Shown here: piece after piece, positions 1 to 8,855 of the stretch | How positions within the stretch are numbered: the stretch's first letter is position 1 | Layout: each line of letters starts with the position of its first letter | Source: an uncultured Rickettsiaceae bacterium | GTDB lineage: Bacteria; Pseudomonadota; Alphaproteobacteria; Rickettsiales; Rickettsiaceae | Direction of reading: 5' to 3' | NCBI GenBank assembly: GCA_964468495.1 | Contig: CAYXTI010000016.1 | Coordinates: 35,487-99,486, forward strand | Length of the DNA stretch: 64,000 bases | Notes under the pieces: model-generated | Database searches by the model: none | Seen by the model: the letters and a program-made list of their open reading frames with translations, nothing else | What the model was told of the DNA's origin: nothing | Program-made: the position numbers and the translations under genes

Positions 1-145
1 AAGCCTAGCAGATATAGGAAAAAAATTTTGTAAAAAAGATCATACTACAGTGATGCATGCAATAAAAAAAGTAGAACATTTAGTATCAACTGATCATGCT
101 TTTAAAGAAGAGGTGAATTTACTAAAAACAATATTACAAACTTAA
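1..145 (+). CDS. dnaA: Chromosomal replication initiator DnaA, C-terminal end only (5' part lies outside the window)
   Basis: Frame starting at nt 2 reads [47 protein letters not shown], stop at 143-145. The [10 protein letters not shown] signature is typical of DnaA domain IV. dnaN follows. Confidence 0.85.
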   Translation, partial: SLADIGKKFCKKDHTTVMHAIKKVEHLVSTDHAFKEEVNLLKTILQT

Positions 146-192
146 ATAAAGTGATAATATAAAAAATTAAAGATAACAATGAATAATAATTT

Positions 193-1335
193 ATGCTTGA
201 AGTAATAGTACAAACTAAAGAGTTAACGCATGCTTTAAACTTTGCATCTTCTATCGTAGAGAAACGTAATGTTATTTCGGAATTAAATAATATTAAACTT
301 ACTACAAAATCAGATAGCCTAGAGATTGGGGCTACTGATATGGATATATATTTAAATCAAACCATAGGAGCAAAAATATTATCGCAAGGTGAAACAACAA
401 TATCTTCTAGAACTTTTGCTGATATTATCAGAAAAATTCCAGATAGTACCCTTACACTAAAGCATGATAAAACGTCAAATAAATGTTTAATCATTGGTAA
501 AAATTGTCAGTTTGATTTATTCACTTTATCCCCATTACAATTCCCTATATTAGAAAATATAGCATCAGATCCTCATCTTAAAATATCATGTAGTAATTTT
601 TCTAAGATTATAGAATATAGTTCTTTTGCAATATCAAATGATGATACTAGATATAACTTAAATGGTATATACTTACATATAAAAGACAATAATCTATTTA
701 GTGTAGCTACTGATGGCCATAGATTATCATTATCTTCATGTACTCCAATTGAAATAAATAACTACTCTAAATTTGAAGTAATTATTCCTAAGAAAACTAC
801 TAATGAATTATTAAAAATTACAAAAGATATATTTTATTATAATCATGATGCTTATGTAACATTAAATCATAATAAAATTCAATTTACATGTCGTAATTTA
901 TTAATAGTGTCTAAAATAATAGATGGAACATTTCCTGATTATAAAACATTTATCCCTAATCATAATCAAAACAAGCTTATTATAAAAACAAAGCTATTAG
1001 CAGACGCTATTGATCGTATAGCTACAATTACAGTTGATAAATTTAGAGCAATAAAATTACATATAGATAATAGCCTAATTAAAATCACAGCATATGGAGA
1101 AACAACTGGGAAAGCTGAAGAACGATTAATATACTCAGAAAAAAAAGAAGAATATTGCAAATTTATAGGAACTAAACTAGTAATAGGTTTTAACCCTAGA
1201 TATTTATATGATGTGTTAAATATAATAAAAGATCCTATAGTAGAAATTTTTCTACATGATCCTTTTTCTCCAATATTAATAAAATCTCTCAATCAAGTAG
1301 ATAATATTTTTGTTATTATGCCTATTAGAATTTAA
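193..1335 (+). CDS. dnaN: DNA polymerase III beta sliding clamp
   Basis: 380-aa ORF directly after dnaA. Beta-clamp length and motifs such as VATDGHRLS. Confidence 0.93.
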   Translation: MLEVIVQTKELTHALNFASSIVEKRNVISELNNIKLTTKSDSLEIGATDMDIYLNQTIGAKILSQGETTISSRTFADIIRKIPDSTLTLKHDKTSNKCLIIGKNCQFDLFTLSPLQFPILENIASDPHLKISCSNFSKIIEYSSFAISNDDTRYNLNGIYLHIKDNNLFSVATDGHRLSLSSCTPIEINNYSKFEVIIPKKTTNELLKITKDIFYYNHDAYVTLNHNKIQFTCRNLLIVSKIIDGTFPDYKTFIPNHNQNKLIIKTKLLADAIDRIATITVDKFRAIKLHIDNSLIKITAYGETTGKAEERLIYSEKKEEYCKFIGTKLVIGFNPRYLYDVLNIIKDPIVEIFLHDPFSPILIKSLNQVDNIFVIMPIRI

Positions 1336-1352
1336 TAAAAAACTTTCAAAAA

Positions 1353-1784
1353 TCAACTTATTTTTTTTAGTCTTTCTATATGCCTACCTCCTTCAAAAGT
1401 AGTACTAATAAATTGATCAATCATCCTTATTACTAGAGTTTCTTCAATAATTTTAGATCCTATTATCAAAACATTGGCATTATTATGCTGCCTTGCTTGT
1501 TTTACCATAAGCAAATTAAAACATAAAGCAGCTCTAATATGTACATACCTATTGGCAGCTATTGACATACCTATACCTGAAGAACAAATTAATATTCCAA
1601 AATTAATTCGTTCTTCTAACATTGTTTCAGATAATTTGGCTGCATAATCAGGATAATCAACTCTAACTGTATTATTTGTTCCTAAATCAAGATAATTAAT
1701 CTCTATATCTGTTATAGAATTAATAATCTTAGACTTTAATTTAAAACCATGATGATCACTTGCTATAGCTACTACACATTTCAT
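1353..1784 (-). CDS. rpiB: Ribose-5-phosphate isomerase B
   Basis: ORF 1353..1805. The conserved RpiB start MKCVVAIASDHHGFKLK begins at the second Met (1784). ICSSGIGMSIAANR active-site region. Confidence 0.88.
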   Translation of the reverse strand: MKCVVAIASDHHGFKLKSKIINSITDIEINYLDLGTNNTVRVDYPDYAAKLSETMLEERINFGILICSSGIGMSIAANRYVHIRAALCFNLLMVKQARQHNNANVLIIGSKIIEETLVIRMIDQFISTTFEGGRHIERLKKIS

Positions 1785-1925
1785 AATATTTATAATAAAA
1801 TACAATAATTTATAATTTAAAATTAGTAATAATAACGCAATGCTATTATATTATATTATGCTATTATACTCTACAGCTTTGCTTACTACTAGCAATAATA
1901 TAAAAACTAATTTATATATTTTATT

Positions 1926-2822
1926 ATGAAAATAATTATTTTTTCTATCTTTATCTCATTATTATTGACATCATGTGATATTTCACGTCTATCCCCAGCT
2001 CCCATTATATATAAAAACCCAGATAATGATACAAAAAAAGAGGAATTAATAGAATTTGATAAAAAATCATCCTATATTTATGATGATGATGATGATGATG
2101 AAATTATATCATATAAAAATAATAATGAGCAAAATAGCAGGGGAAGTAACCAAAAATTAAATAATGATACACCTACCATATCAGAACAAAAGGATATTGA
2201 ATATAAAATTTATCACCATGTTAAAAAAAACGAGACTATAAATGATATCATAAAGCAATATAATACTACTTTAGAGGAAATTATTATATTAAATGATTTA
2301 GATTTTCCTTATGATTTAGAAGAATTCCAAATAATACAGGTAAAACCGAACAATAAAAATCTAACTAGTAAAAATAGTATAAAACATAAAAAAGAGCCAA
2401 TAGATAAAACGATATCATTTACAGAAGAAAAAAAAGAAATCAAATTTATATATCCAGTAATAGGAGATATTAGATCTTATTTTGGTACACGTAATAAAAA
2501 TGGAGGAATCAATAAAGGAATTAATATTATTGCTAAACAAGGTACCCCTGTAAAATCAGCAACTAATGGAAAAGTATTTTATACAGGAGTTGATTCTATA
2601 TTTGGAAACTTAGTTATCATACAAGTTGATAATAAAAATTTCTTTATTTCATACTCTCATCTAGAAAGTATTATAATAACTAAAAATTCCTTTATAAAAC
2701 AAGGAGATATAATTGGATATGTAGGAAAAACTGGTGATGTTACATTTCCCCAATTACATTTTGCTATTAGAGAAGGTAAGATAGCTAAAGATCCTCTTCT
2801 ATACCTACCTAAAAAAAATTAA
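1926..2822 (+). CDS. NlpD-like lipoprotein with LysM domain and degenerate LytM (M23) domain
   Basis: Lipobox LLTSC at the N-terminus. LysM-like YHHVKKNETINDIIKQYNTTLEEIIILN. C-terminal M23 fold, but the zinc-ligand motifs are replaced (NKGIN instead of HxxxD, QLH instead of HxH). Confidence 0.8.
   Translation: MKIIIFSIFISLLLTSCDISRLSPAPIIYKNPDNDTKKEELIEFDKKSSYIYDDDDDDEIISYKNNNEQNSRGSNQKLNNDTPTISEQKDIEYKIYHHVKKNETINDIIKQYNTTLEEIIILNDLDFPYDLEEFQIIQVKPNNKNLTSKNSIKHKKEPIDKTISFTEEKKEIKFIYPVIGDIRSYFGTRNKNGGINKGINIIAKQGTPVKSATNGKVFYTGVDSIFGNLVIIQVDNKNFFISYSHLESIIITKNSFIKQGDIIGYVGKTGDVTFPQLHFAIREGKIAKDPLLYLPKKN
2082..2099 (+). repeat. (GAT)6 trinucleotide repeat encoding poly-Asp inside the NlpD-like gene
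   Basis: gatgatgatgatgatgat read directly. Translates to DDDDDD followed by E. Confidence 0.95.
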
Positions 2823-4060
2823 CTTAAAAAAAATAAAGCACAAATAGAAAAAAAAGTAATAATCATAATATAGAAAGCAATATAAATATAATTATATGAA
2901 AAATAATATAAACTTAAACAAATAACAGGAGTAGTTTGTCCTATGATAGATTTACCTAATGCATTACCCATACCAATAATTAGGTATTTGTTATTATTAT
3001 TAACCAACTTAGTAAGAAATATTCTAAAAGGAATAGTAAAAGTAATACCAATAATAATAATCCACAATCTAAAGAAAATTATATAACAAAAGGATGCTCC
3101 TTTGATAAAATACCAAATAGGAAAAAAAGTAAGAAAAAAAAATATAAGTATGTATCTCATTACCTTTAAAAGATTAAAACCTTTTATTACATAACCTATT
3201 ATAGGCAAAGCCAATATATCAATAAATAACAGTAAAACGTTAGACTCCATCATAACATTAAGACTAATATCTGTAATCAAAGGAACGAATGTATTAATTA
3301 CTATAAAACCTATATAATAAATAAGATAAGAAAAGCCAGACATAACAGCTACTAATAAGACAGTAATCTTATATTGCCAAAGAATTTTTATATTAGTAAT
3401 AAAATCAAATTGAAAAGGTAGAGGAGAGTGTAATAGATAGGTTTTCTTTATAGTTAAAGAAAATAAAATATATCCAATAACACCTAAAAAGCTAGATAAA
3501 AAAAATGGAACTCTCCAATAATAATTAGGTTGACTAGAATTAATAACTAATACTGATACAATAGAAGCAAATATTGTTGCCCCTATACTAACCATTTGAT
3601 ATAAATAGGAAGCCATAATAGCTGATTTTTTTATTTTATTATTAATAACATATAATTCAGCAATAGTACTTCCTCCTGAAGAACAAATAGCTTCTAAAAA
3701 TTTTAATATAATTAATGTAAAAGGGGCAATTATATTTATTGCTTGATATGTTGGGATAATTGCAATTAATAATGAAACAATAATAGCTCCGATTATTGAA
3801 TAAGAAAAAATAATTATAGGGTGATAAGATCTAGTCAACACAGCAAAAAGAAAAGCCCCTAAAGGTCTAGCAAAAATTGAAAATATAATTAAAGTATAAG
3901 TTATTATTATAGAAAGCAATTTATTGTCAGTAGGAAAAAAAAGTGAAGCTAAAACAGGTACTAAAAAAGTGTATACAGAACGAATAAAACTATCAATAGA
4001 ATGACAAATAAGAATAAAATAATCAGTCTTAGACAATTTCTGCATCTTCTTTAAAGTCAT
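2819..4060 (-). CDS. MFS transporter, ProP-like (proline/betaine family as expanded in Rickettsiales)
   Basis: 413-aa polytopic membrane ORF with about 12 hydrophobic segments. ARPLGAFLFAVL and WRVPFF motifs are typical of ProP-type MFS proteins. Confidence 0.7.
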   Translation of the reverse strand: MTLKKMQKLSKTDYFILICHSIDSFIRSVYTFLVPVLASLFFPTDNKLLSIIITYTLIIFSIFARPLGAFLFAVLTRSYHPIIIFSYSIIGAIIVSLLIAIIPTYQAINIIAPFTLIILKFLEAICSSGGSTIAELYVINNKIKKSAIMASYLYQMVSIGATIFASIVSVLVINSSQPNYYWRVPFFLSSFLGVIGYILFSLTIKKTYLLHSPLPFQFDFITNIKILWQYKITVLLVAVMSGFSYLIYYIGFIVINTFVPLITDISLNVMMESNVLLLFIDILALPIIGYVIKGFNLLKVMRYILIFFFLTFFPIWYFIKGASFCYIIFFRLWIIIIGITFTIPFRIFLTKLVNNNNKYLIIGMGNALGKSIIGQTTPVICLSLYYFSYNYIYIAFYIMIITFFSICALFFLS

Positions 4061-4157
4061 ACTATATAAAATTTATTCATATAACCATACTAGTTATTCA
4101 ATTAGTTATTAACAAGATTAAGATTTTATAGTAATATTATACAAACAACCTCACTGC

Positions 4158-4189
4158 ATAGTCTTTAATAAAAACTTATTAAAGACTAT
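4158..4189. repeat. Perfect hairpin or inverted repeat (14-bp stem, 4-nt loop) in a divergent intergenic region
   Basis: atagtctttaataa / aaac / ttattaaagactat read directly. Lies between the divergent starts of the MFS gene (4060) and the M23 gene (4502). Confidence 0.8.
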
Positions 4190-4501
4190 AGACTGCACGA
4201 TTATCTTTAAAATTTATCACATACAACAGAATAATGCTATATATATTAAATAAAATAATCTATGGCTAATTTATAGAAGACTAACAATTAAAATTCATTG
4301 TATCTTAAAACAATGTAGCTACTGCTCGCCTTATTCCTTTATTTACTTTAAGAAATTAAAGATTCAAGTAATAATTTTTTATAGACAAAAATGACTATTA
4401 TGCTATTCTGTAATATTGGGGCTATGGATAAAAAATTATTAGCTATAAGACAATATTTCAGTTATTATTAACTAATAATTAATGAATAACTAATAAAACA
4501 T

Positions 4502-5818
4502 ATGTTTTACAATATTAAACAAACAGCACGTTTTCAAAAATACATAATTATAATCGCAATATGCTGTATAATATTATTAATATTGATTCATAACAATATT
4601 AATGGTTATGTAGATAATTTTTTTAATAAAATAGAAAGTAGTTTTACTGATAACACTTCACAGCAAAAAAAAATAACAAAAGAAAAGTCTAATCAAATTA
4701 ATTACACAGTTATTGTAAAAAAAGGAGATAATTTAATTAAGATTTTAGAACAACAACATATAATAAGATCCGATATTAATAAACTAGTAGAATTAGCACA
4801 TAAAGAACCAATATTATCGAAACTCCAAATAGGACAGAAAATAGTATTTTACTATAAAAATAAAAATAATAGGCTTTCAATAAAGAAAATATCAATCACA
4901 ATTTTACCTAATAAAGAAATTAACCTTATTAAAAGTGATAATGTTTTTTTTCTTAGTTATAAGACCTATAATTTCAATAAATTTATTACAAAAAAAACAC
5001 TATTAATAGAATCATCAATAAATGATACTCTTAATAAATTGGGGGTATCTACTAAAAATATTAATAAATTAATTAATGCTTTTAGTAATGAAGTAAATTT
5101 TAAAAGAGACATAAAAAAAGGCGATAAGATTACATTGATTATTGAAAAATTTGTAAATGAAAATAATAACTTTTCTCATTATGGATCAATATTATTTGCT
5201 TCTCTAAATATCTCTGGTCAAGAACATAAAATATACCAATATGATCAAGGGAAAAACTCAAAACACGATTATTTTTCTGAACATGGACAAAGCTTACAAA
5301 AGATTAAGCTACAAAATCCTATTAAACAACCTACAAGAATTTCATCATATTATGGATTAAGAACTCATCCTATATCAGGTAAACGTGTAATGCATAAAGG
5401 AATAGATTTTGCTGCACCAGTAGGCACTCCTATACATGCTACTGCTAAAGGAGTAATTGAATTTTTAGGATGGAAAATAGGGTATGGAAATTTAATTCAA
5501 ATTAAACATAACAATAATACATCGACACTATATGCTCATATTTCAAAATTTACTCCAAGATTAAAGAAAGGTTTAAAAATAAAGCAAGGAGAAATAATAG
5601 GATATGTGGGTATTAGTGGTAAAGTAACAGGACCTCATTTACACTACGAGGTAAAAATTAATGGTAAAAATGTAAATCCAATTAATTTTGATTATAACCA
5701 AAATATAATATTAGCTTCAACACAATTTAAAAAATATAAAGAAGAAATTGATAAATTAAATACAAAGTTGAATGTTATAGTAGAACTTGCTGAGGCAGAT
5801 ATTAATCATTTGAAATAA
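4502..5818 (+). CDS. M23 family murein endopeptidase (MepM-like), catalytic motifs intact
   Basis: 438 aa with an N-terminal membrane anchor. HKGIDFAAPVGTPI (HxxxD) and GPHLHYEV (HxH) motifs are present. Confidence 0.88.
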   Translation: MFYNIKQTARFQKYIIIIAICCIILLILIHNNINGYVDNFFNKIESSFTDNTSQQKKITKEKSNQINYTVIVKKGDNLIKILEQQHIIRSDINKLVELAHKEPILSKLQIGQKIVFYYKNKNNRLSIKKISITILPNKEINLIKSDNVFFLSYKTYNFNKFITKKTLLIESSINDTLNKLGVSTKNINKLINAFSNEVNFKRDIKKGDKITLIIEKFVNENNNFSHYGSILFASLNISGQEHKIYQYDQGKNSKHDYFSEHGQSLQKIKLQNPIKQPTRISSYYGLRTHPISGKRVMHKGIDFAAPVGTPIHATAKGVIEFLGWKIGYGNLIQIKHNNNTSTLYAHISKFTPRLKKGLKIKQGEIIGYVGISGKVTGPHLHYEVKINGKNVNPINFDYNQNIILASTQFKKYKEEIDKLNTKLNVIVELAEADINHLK

Positions 5819-5840
5819 AAAAAATAATATTTATATAAAA

Positions 5841-6383
5841 ATGATAAAAAAATTAAGGCCTTATATATATTTGTTATATATATCTATACTTATAATATTT
5901 GACCAAATAAGTAAAAACTTTTTTATATGTTATTTAAAAACAAAACCATTTTTTATATATAAAGTTACTCCATTTTTAAATATGGTATATGTATGGAATT
6001 ATGGTATAAGTTTTGGTATTTTTAATAAATACCAACAACATAGTAATATAGTATTCATTATAATAAATAGTATAACAATTTGTTATTTATTATATTGGAT
6101 TAAAAGTAATACAACAAAGACCTATCTCTTTATAAGTACAATACTTATAACTGCTGGGGCAATTAGTAATGTTATAGACAGAGTGATAAAAGGAGCAGTG
6201 TTCGATTTTATATTATTACATTATAACAACGATATATTTTTTCCAGTTTTTAACTTAGCTGATTTTATGATAAGTTTAGGAATAATTATTATATTATATA
6301 ATGTTTATATAAAAAAGAACTTGAAAAATAATAAAACTCATACTAGACTGGGGTCTAATTTTAAAAAAAAAATTAGAAAATAA
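5841..6383 (+). CDS. lspA: Lipoprotein signal peptidase (signal peptidase II)
   Basis: 180 aa, four TM segments. VWNYGISFG, NVIDR and FNLADFMISLG motifs. Confidence 0.9.
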   Translation: MIKKLRPYIYLLYISILIIFDQISKNFFICYLKTKPFFIYKVTPFLNMVYVWNYGISFGIFNKYQQHSNIVFIIINSITICYLLYWIKSNTTKTYLFISTILITAGAISNVIDRVIKGAVFDFILLHYNNDIFFPVFNLADFMISLGIIIILYNVYIKKNLKNNKTHTRLGSNFKKKIRK

Positions 6384-6413
6384 CTTTTATTAAGTCTAAC
6401 GTTAATTAGTTTA

Positions 6414-6686
6414 ATGTTAAAAAGATCCTTATTTTTAATAATAGTAATTCATCTTGCTGGATGCGTATCAGAATTAAACCATAAAAATAAAGAAGAAAAC
6501 AATCTAGATACTCCTTCATTTTTCTATTCAAAAGATTTAGATTATTTTCAAAAACAATTAGATCAAGAAGAGGATTATAAAAAACTTACTTCAAGTGAAA
6601 AAGAAATATTAAAGCTAATTGATCAACAAATAGAAAAAAATACTCAAAAAAACTACCTTTTAAAGAAAAAAGCTTTTAAAAACTAG
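6414..6686 (+). CDS. Small hypothetical lipoprotein
   Basis: 90-aa ORF with signal peptide and lipobox HLAGC. The remainder is charged and coiled-coil-like. No family recognised. Confidence 0.55.
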   Translation: MLKRSLFLIIVIHLAGCVSELNHKNKEENNLDTPSFFYSKDLDYFQKQLDQEEDYKKLTSSEKEILKLIDQQIEKNTQKNYLLKKKAFKN

Positions 6687-6793
6687 TTTGATAAAACCCA
6701 AATAAAAAACAGTAATAAATACTGTAAAAATTAAGATAAATACTATATCTCTCAAATTTTAGTGCTATAAGTAACGTAAGATTTTCTCTATTT

Positions 6794-6913
6794 ATGAAAA
6801 AAAAAATAAATCGTATTACACAAAAACAAAAAGCAAAAAACTATTTATTAATGCTGTTAATAATAATACTATTATTATTAATTTACTCTGCAACAATAAT
6901 TAAATTATCCTAA
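6794..6913 (+). CDS. Putative 39-aa single-pass membrane protein (below the ORF-track cutoff)
   Basis: ATG at 6794. Translation MKKKINRITQKQKAKNYLLMLLIIILLLLIYSATIIKLS, stop at 6911-6913. Basic N-terminus plus one TM helix. A hairpin follows directly. Confidence 0.35.
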   Translation: MKKKINRITQKQKAKNYLLMLLIIILLLLIYSATIIKLS

Positions 6914-6914
6914 A

Positions 6915-6943
6915 TTAAGTATTTATTTATAAAAAATACTTAA
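6915..6943 (+). terminator. Hairpin (10-bp stem, 9-nt loop) immediately after the 39-aa ORF
   Basis: ttaagtattt ... aaatacttaa read directly. AT-only stem apart from one G:C pair, and no clear U tract. Confidence 0.25.
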
Positions 6944-7095
6944 ATATAAATCACATATATTTGTATATACTATCACTATTTAGATACTAATAATTAGTTA
7001 ATTTAATTAAATATAAAAATATATTCATTGTTATTTAATTCAAACTAATATAAAATTCACCCTGTTGAGTTTTTTAATTAATAATATAAATAACA

Positions 7096-7446
7096 ATGTT
7101 TAAACATATATTACCACCATCTTTTTTATTATTAATTGTTCTAATAACAACAACTAGTAGTTTGGCAAATTCAGCTTTTGAAGTCAATCTGCATATTAAA
7201 GAACATAAATTTTATCCTGATATCATAGAAGTTCCCACTAAAAAAAAGATTATACTTTATGTTTACAATGATGATAAATCAATAGAAGAATTTGAAAGTC
7301 ATGACTTAAAAAGAGAAAAAATAATCTTAGGAGGGTCATATGCAAAAATTATTCTTCCTCCTTTAAAAGAAGGAAGATATAAGTTTTTTGGAGATTTCCA
7401 TCAAGAAATAGCAAAGGGCGAAATAATAGTAAAATCAAATGATTAA
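7096..7446 (+). CDS. Periplasmic cupredoxin-like protein (FtrB-like partner of FTR1 permeases)
   Basis: 116 aa with a signal peptide. EEFESHDLKREKIIL...GRYKFFGDFHQE resembles the cupredoxin-like domain found next to FTR1 permeases. It sits 6 nt upstream of the permease. Confidence 0.6.
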   Translation: MFKHILPPSFLLLIVLITTTSSLANSAFEVNLHIKEHKFYPDIIEVPTKKKIILYVYNDDKSIEEFESHDLKREKIILGGSYAKIILPPLKEGRYKFFGDFHQEIAKGEIIVKSND

Positions 7447-7452
7447 AATATT

Positions 7453-8817
7453 ATGAGCATATTTAAAATAGCTATTATCATTTTTCGAGAATTTCTTGAA
7501 ATAGTGTTATTAATAGGTATAATAATGGCTGCAACAAAACATATACATAAATCTAAATTTTATATAAATATTGGATGTATAATAGGAGGTGCATTATCTT
7601 TAATTTTTGCTTTTTTTGCTCAAATAATAAGCAATCTATATGGAGGATTAGGTAATGAAATAATAAATTCATCTATATTGTTTATTACTGCTATAATTAT
7701 TAGTTATACTATCATTTGGATGCAAAGCTATACTAAAAAAATTAAGCATCAATTAGGTAATTTGTCTAATAAATTAAATAAAGGTAAATCTAGCTATTTA
7801 ATGTTAGTAATAATAGCTGCAACTACTATTCTCAGAGAAGGCAGTGAAATAATATTATTTATTTATAGTATTACTTATGCAGAACAAGTAAAATTTATTA
7901 ATTATATACTAGGAATAATATTTGGTGGAGGTTTAGGACTATTAACAGGAGTAGCCTTATACTTAGGATTGATTACTGCTAGCAGACAATATATTTTCAA
8001 AATATCAACTATACTACTTATATTAATAGCCAGTAGTCTTGCATCTCAAGCAATTGTTATACTTTCATCAGCTGGCATCATTAATTTTTTAAATGAACAA
8101 TTATGGGATAGTAGCTGGATCATATCTAGTGATAGTATTTTTGGAAAAATTCTTAATGTAATTATTGGTTATGATGAAAAGCCTAACGTATTGCAATTTA
8201 CTGTATATGTATTAATGCTAATGTTAAATATTATTTTAATTAATAGAAAAAAATTAGTTATGCAAAAAAAATTATTAAAACTAATAGCAGAATTAGGACC
8301 CATGTTAACATTTATTATTGGTTATAAAATTACTTATAATATAGTTAGTGCTACCTTATATACTTTAATTGCGGCAATCATTGGTATGGTTTTAAGTTAT
8401 ATTAGTAACAAAAAAATTACTAAATTTAGTATATTAGTTTTTCTCATATTAGCAATTTCTTCTACTTTAACATTAATTAGCGGAAATGGTATGTTTATAA
8501 AAATTAAAACTACAATAGCATATTGTATTTTTGGTATCATTTTATTAATTAGTAACATAAAAAATAAACCATTTTTACAAGTAACACTACAACAAATAAT
8601 AGAATTAAAATCCATAACACACTGGAAATATTTAAATTCAAGATTAATGTGGTTTGCTTTATCTATGGCTATTCTAAATGAAATTGTATGGAGAAATTAT
8701 TCTGATAGCAGTTGGGTAAATTATAAAGTATTCATAGTTGTTCCATTAACTTTAGTATTTTGTATATTACAAATTCCTTACATTATAAAGCATAAGGTAG
8801 ATAAAACTAATAATTAA
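7453..8817 (+). CDS. FTR1-family iron permease (aa 1-269) continuing in frame into a complete YciB/IspZ intracellular septation module (aa 270-454)
   Basis: Two RExxE motifs (REFLE, REGSE) in the N-terminal part. From Met270 (nt 8260), MQKKLLKLIAELGPMLTFIIGYK...FIKIKTTIAYCIFGIILLIS...WVNYKVF matches YciB. No stop separates the two parts. Confidence 0.8.
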   Translation: MSIFKIAIIIFREFLEIVLLIGIIMAATKHIHKSKFYINIGCIIGGALSLIFAFFAQIISNLYGGLGNEIINSSILFITAIIISYTIIWMQSYTKKIKHQLGNLSNKLNKGKSSYLMLVIIAATTILREGSEIILFIYSITYAEQVKFINYILGIIFGGGLGLLTGVALYLGLITASRQYIFKISTILLILIASSLASQAIVILSSAGIINFLNEQLWDSSWIISSDSIFGKILNVIIGYDEKPNVLQFTVYVLMLMLNIILINRKKLVMQKKLLKLIAELGPMLTFIIGYKITYNIVSATLYTLIAAIIGMVLSYISNKKITKFSILVFLILAISSTLTLISGNGMFIKIKTTIAYCIFGIILLISNIKNKPFLQVTLQQIIELKSITHWKYLNSRLMWFALSMAILNEIVWRNYSDSSWVNYKVFIVVPLTLVFCILQIPYIIKHKVDKTNN

Positions 8818-8855
8818 ATGTAAAGTAAGATTAATATTATAATAATTTTTTATAT

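Noticed and set aside
966-1292. 108-aa minus-strand ORF inside dnaN.
   Set aside because: Antisense shadow ORF within a confidently identified gene.
1-1335. Replication origin next to dnaA-dnaN.
   Set aside because: The visible dnaA-dnaN spacer is only 47 nt and shows no cluster of TTATCCACA-like boxes. In alphaproteobacteria, oriC is generally not beside dnaA. A lone tatccac match at about 54409-54415 is isolated and sits in the fliF promoter region.
6709-6725. Hairpin acagta-ataaa-tactgt flanked by A5 on both sides, which reads as a minus-strand terminator with a T tract.
   Set aside because: The stem is only 6 bp and there is no minus-strand gene upstream of it. It is too weak to call.
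6983-7001. Fur-box-like sequence gatactaataattagttaa upstream of the cupredoxin/FTR1 genes.
   Set aside because: By eye, only about 12 of 19 positions match the GATAATGATAATCATTATC consensus. That is not distinguishable from background in DNA this AT-rich. It is kept only as a variant of the ACTAAT/ATTAGT palindrome discussed in the findings.
8397-8615. 72-aa minus-strand ORF inside the YciB module.
   Set aside because: Antisense shadow ORF. Hydrophobic only because it mirrors a membrane-protein gene.
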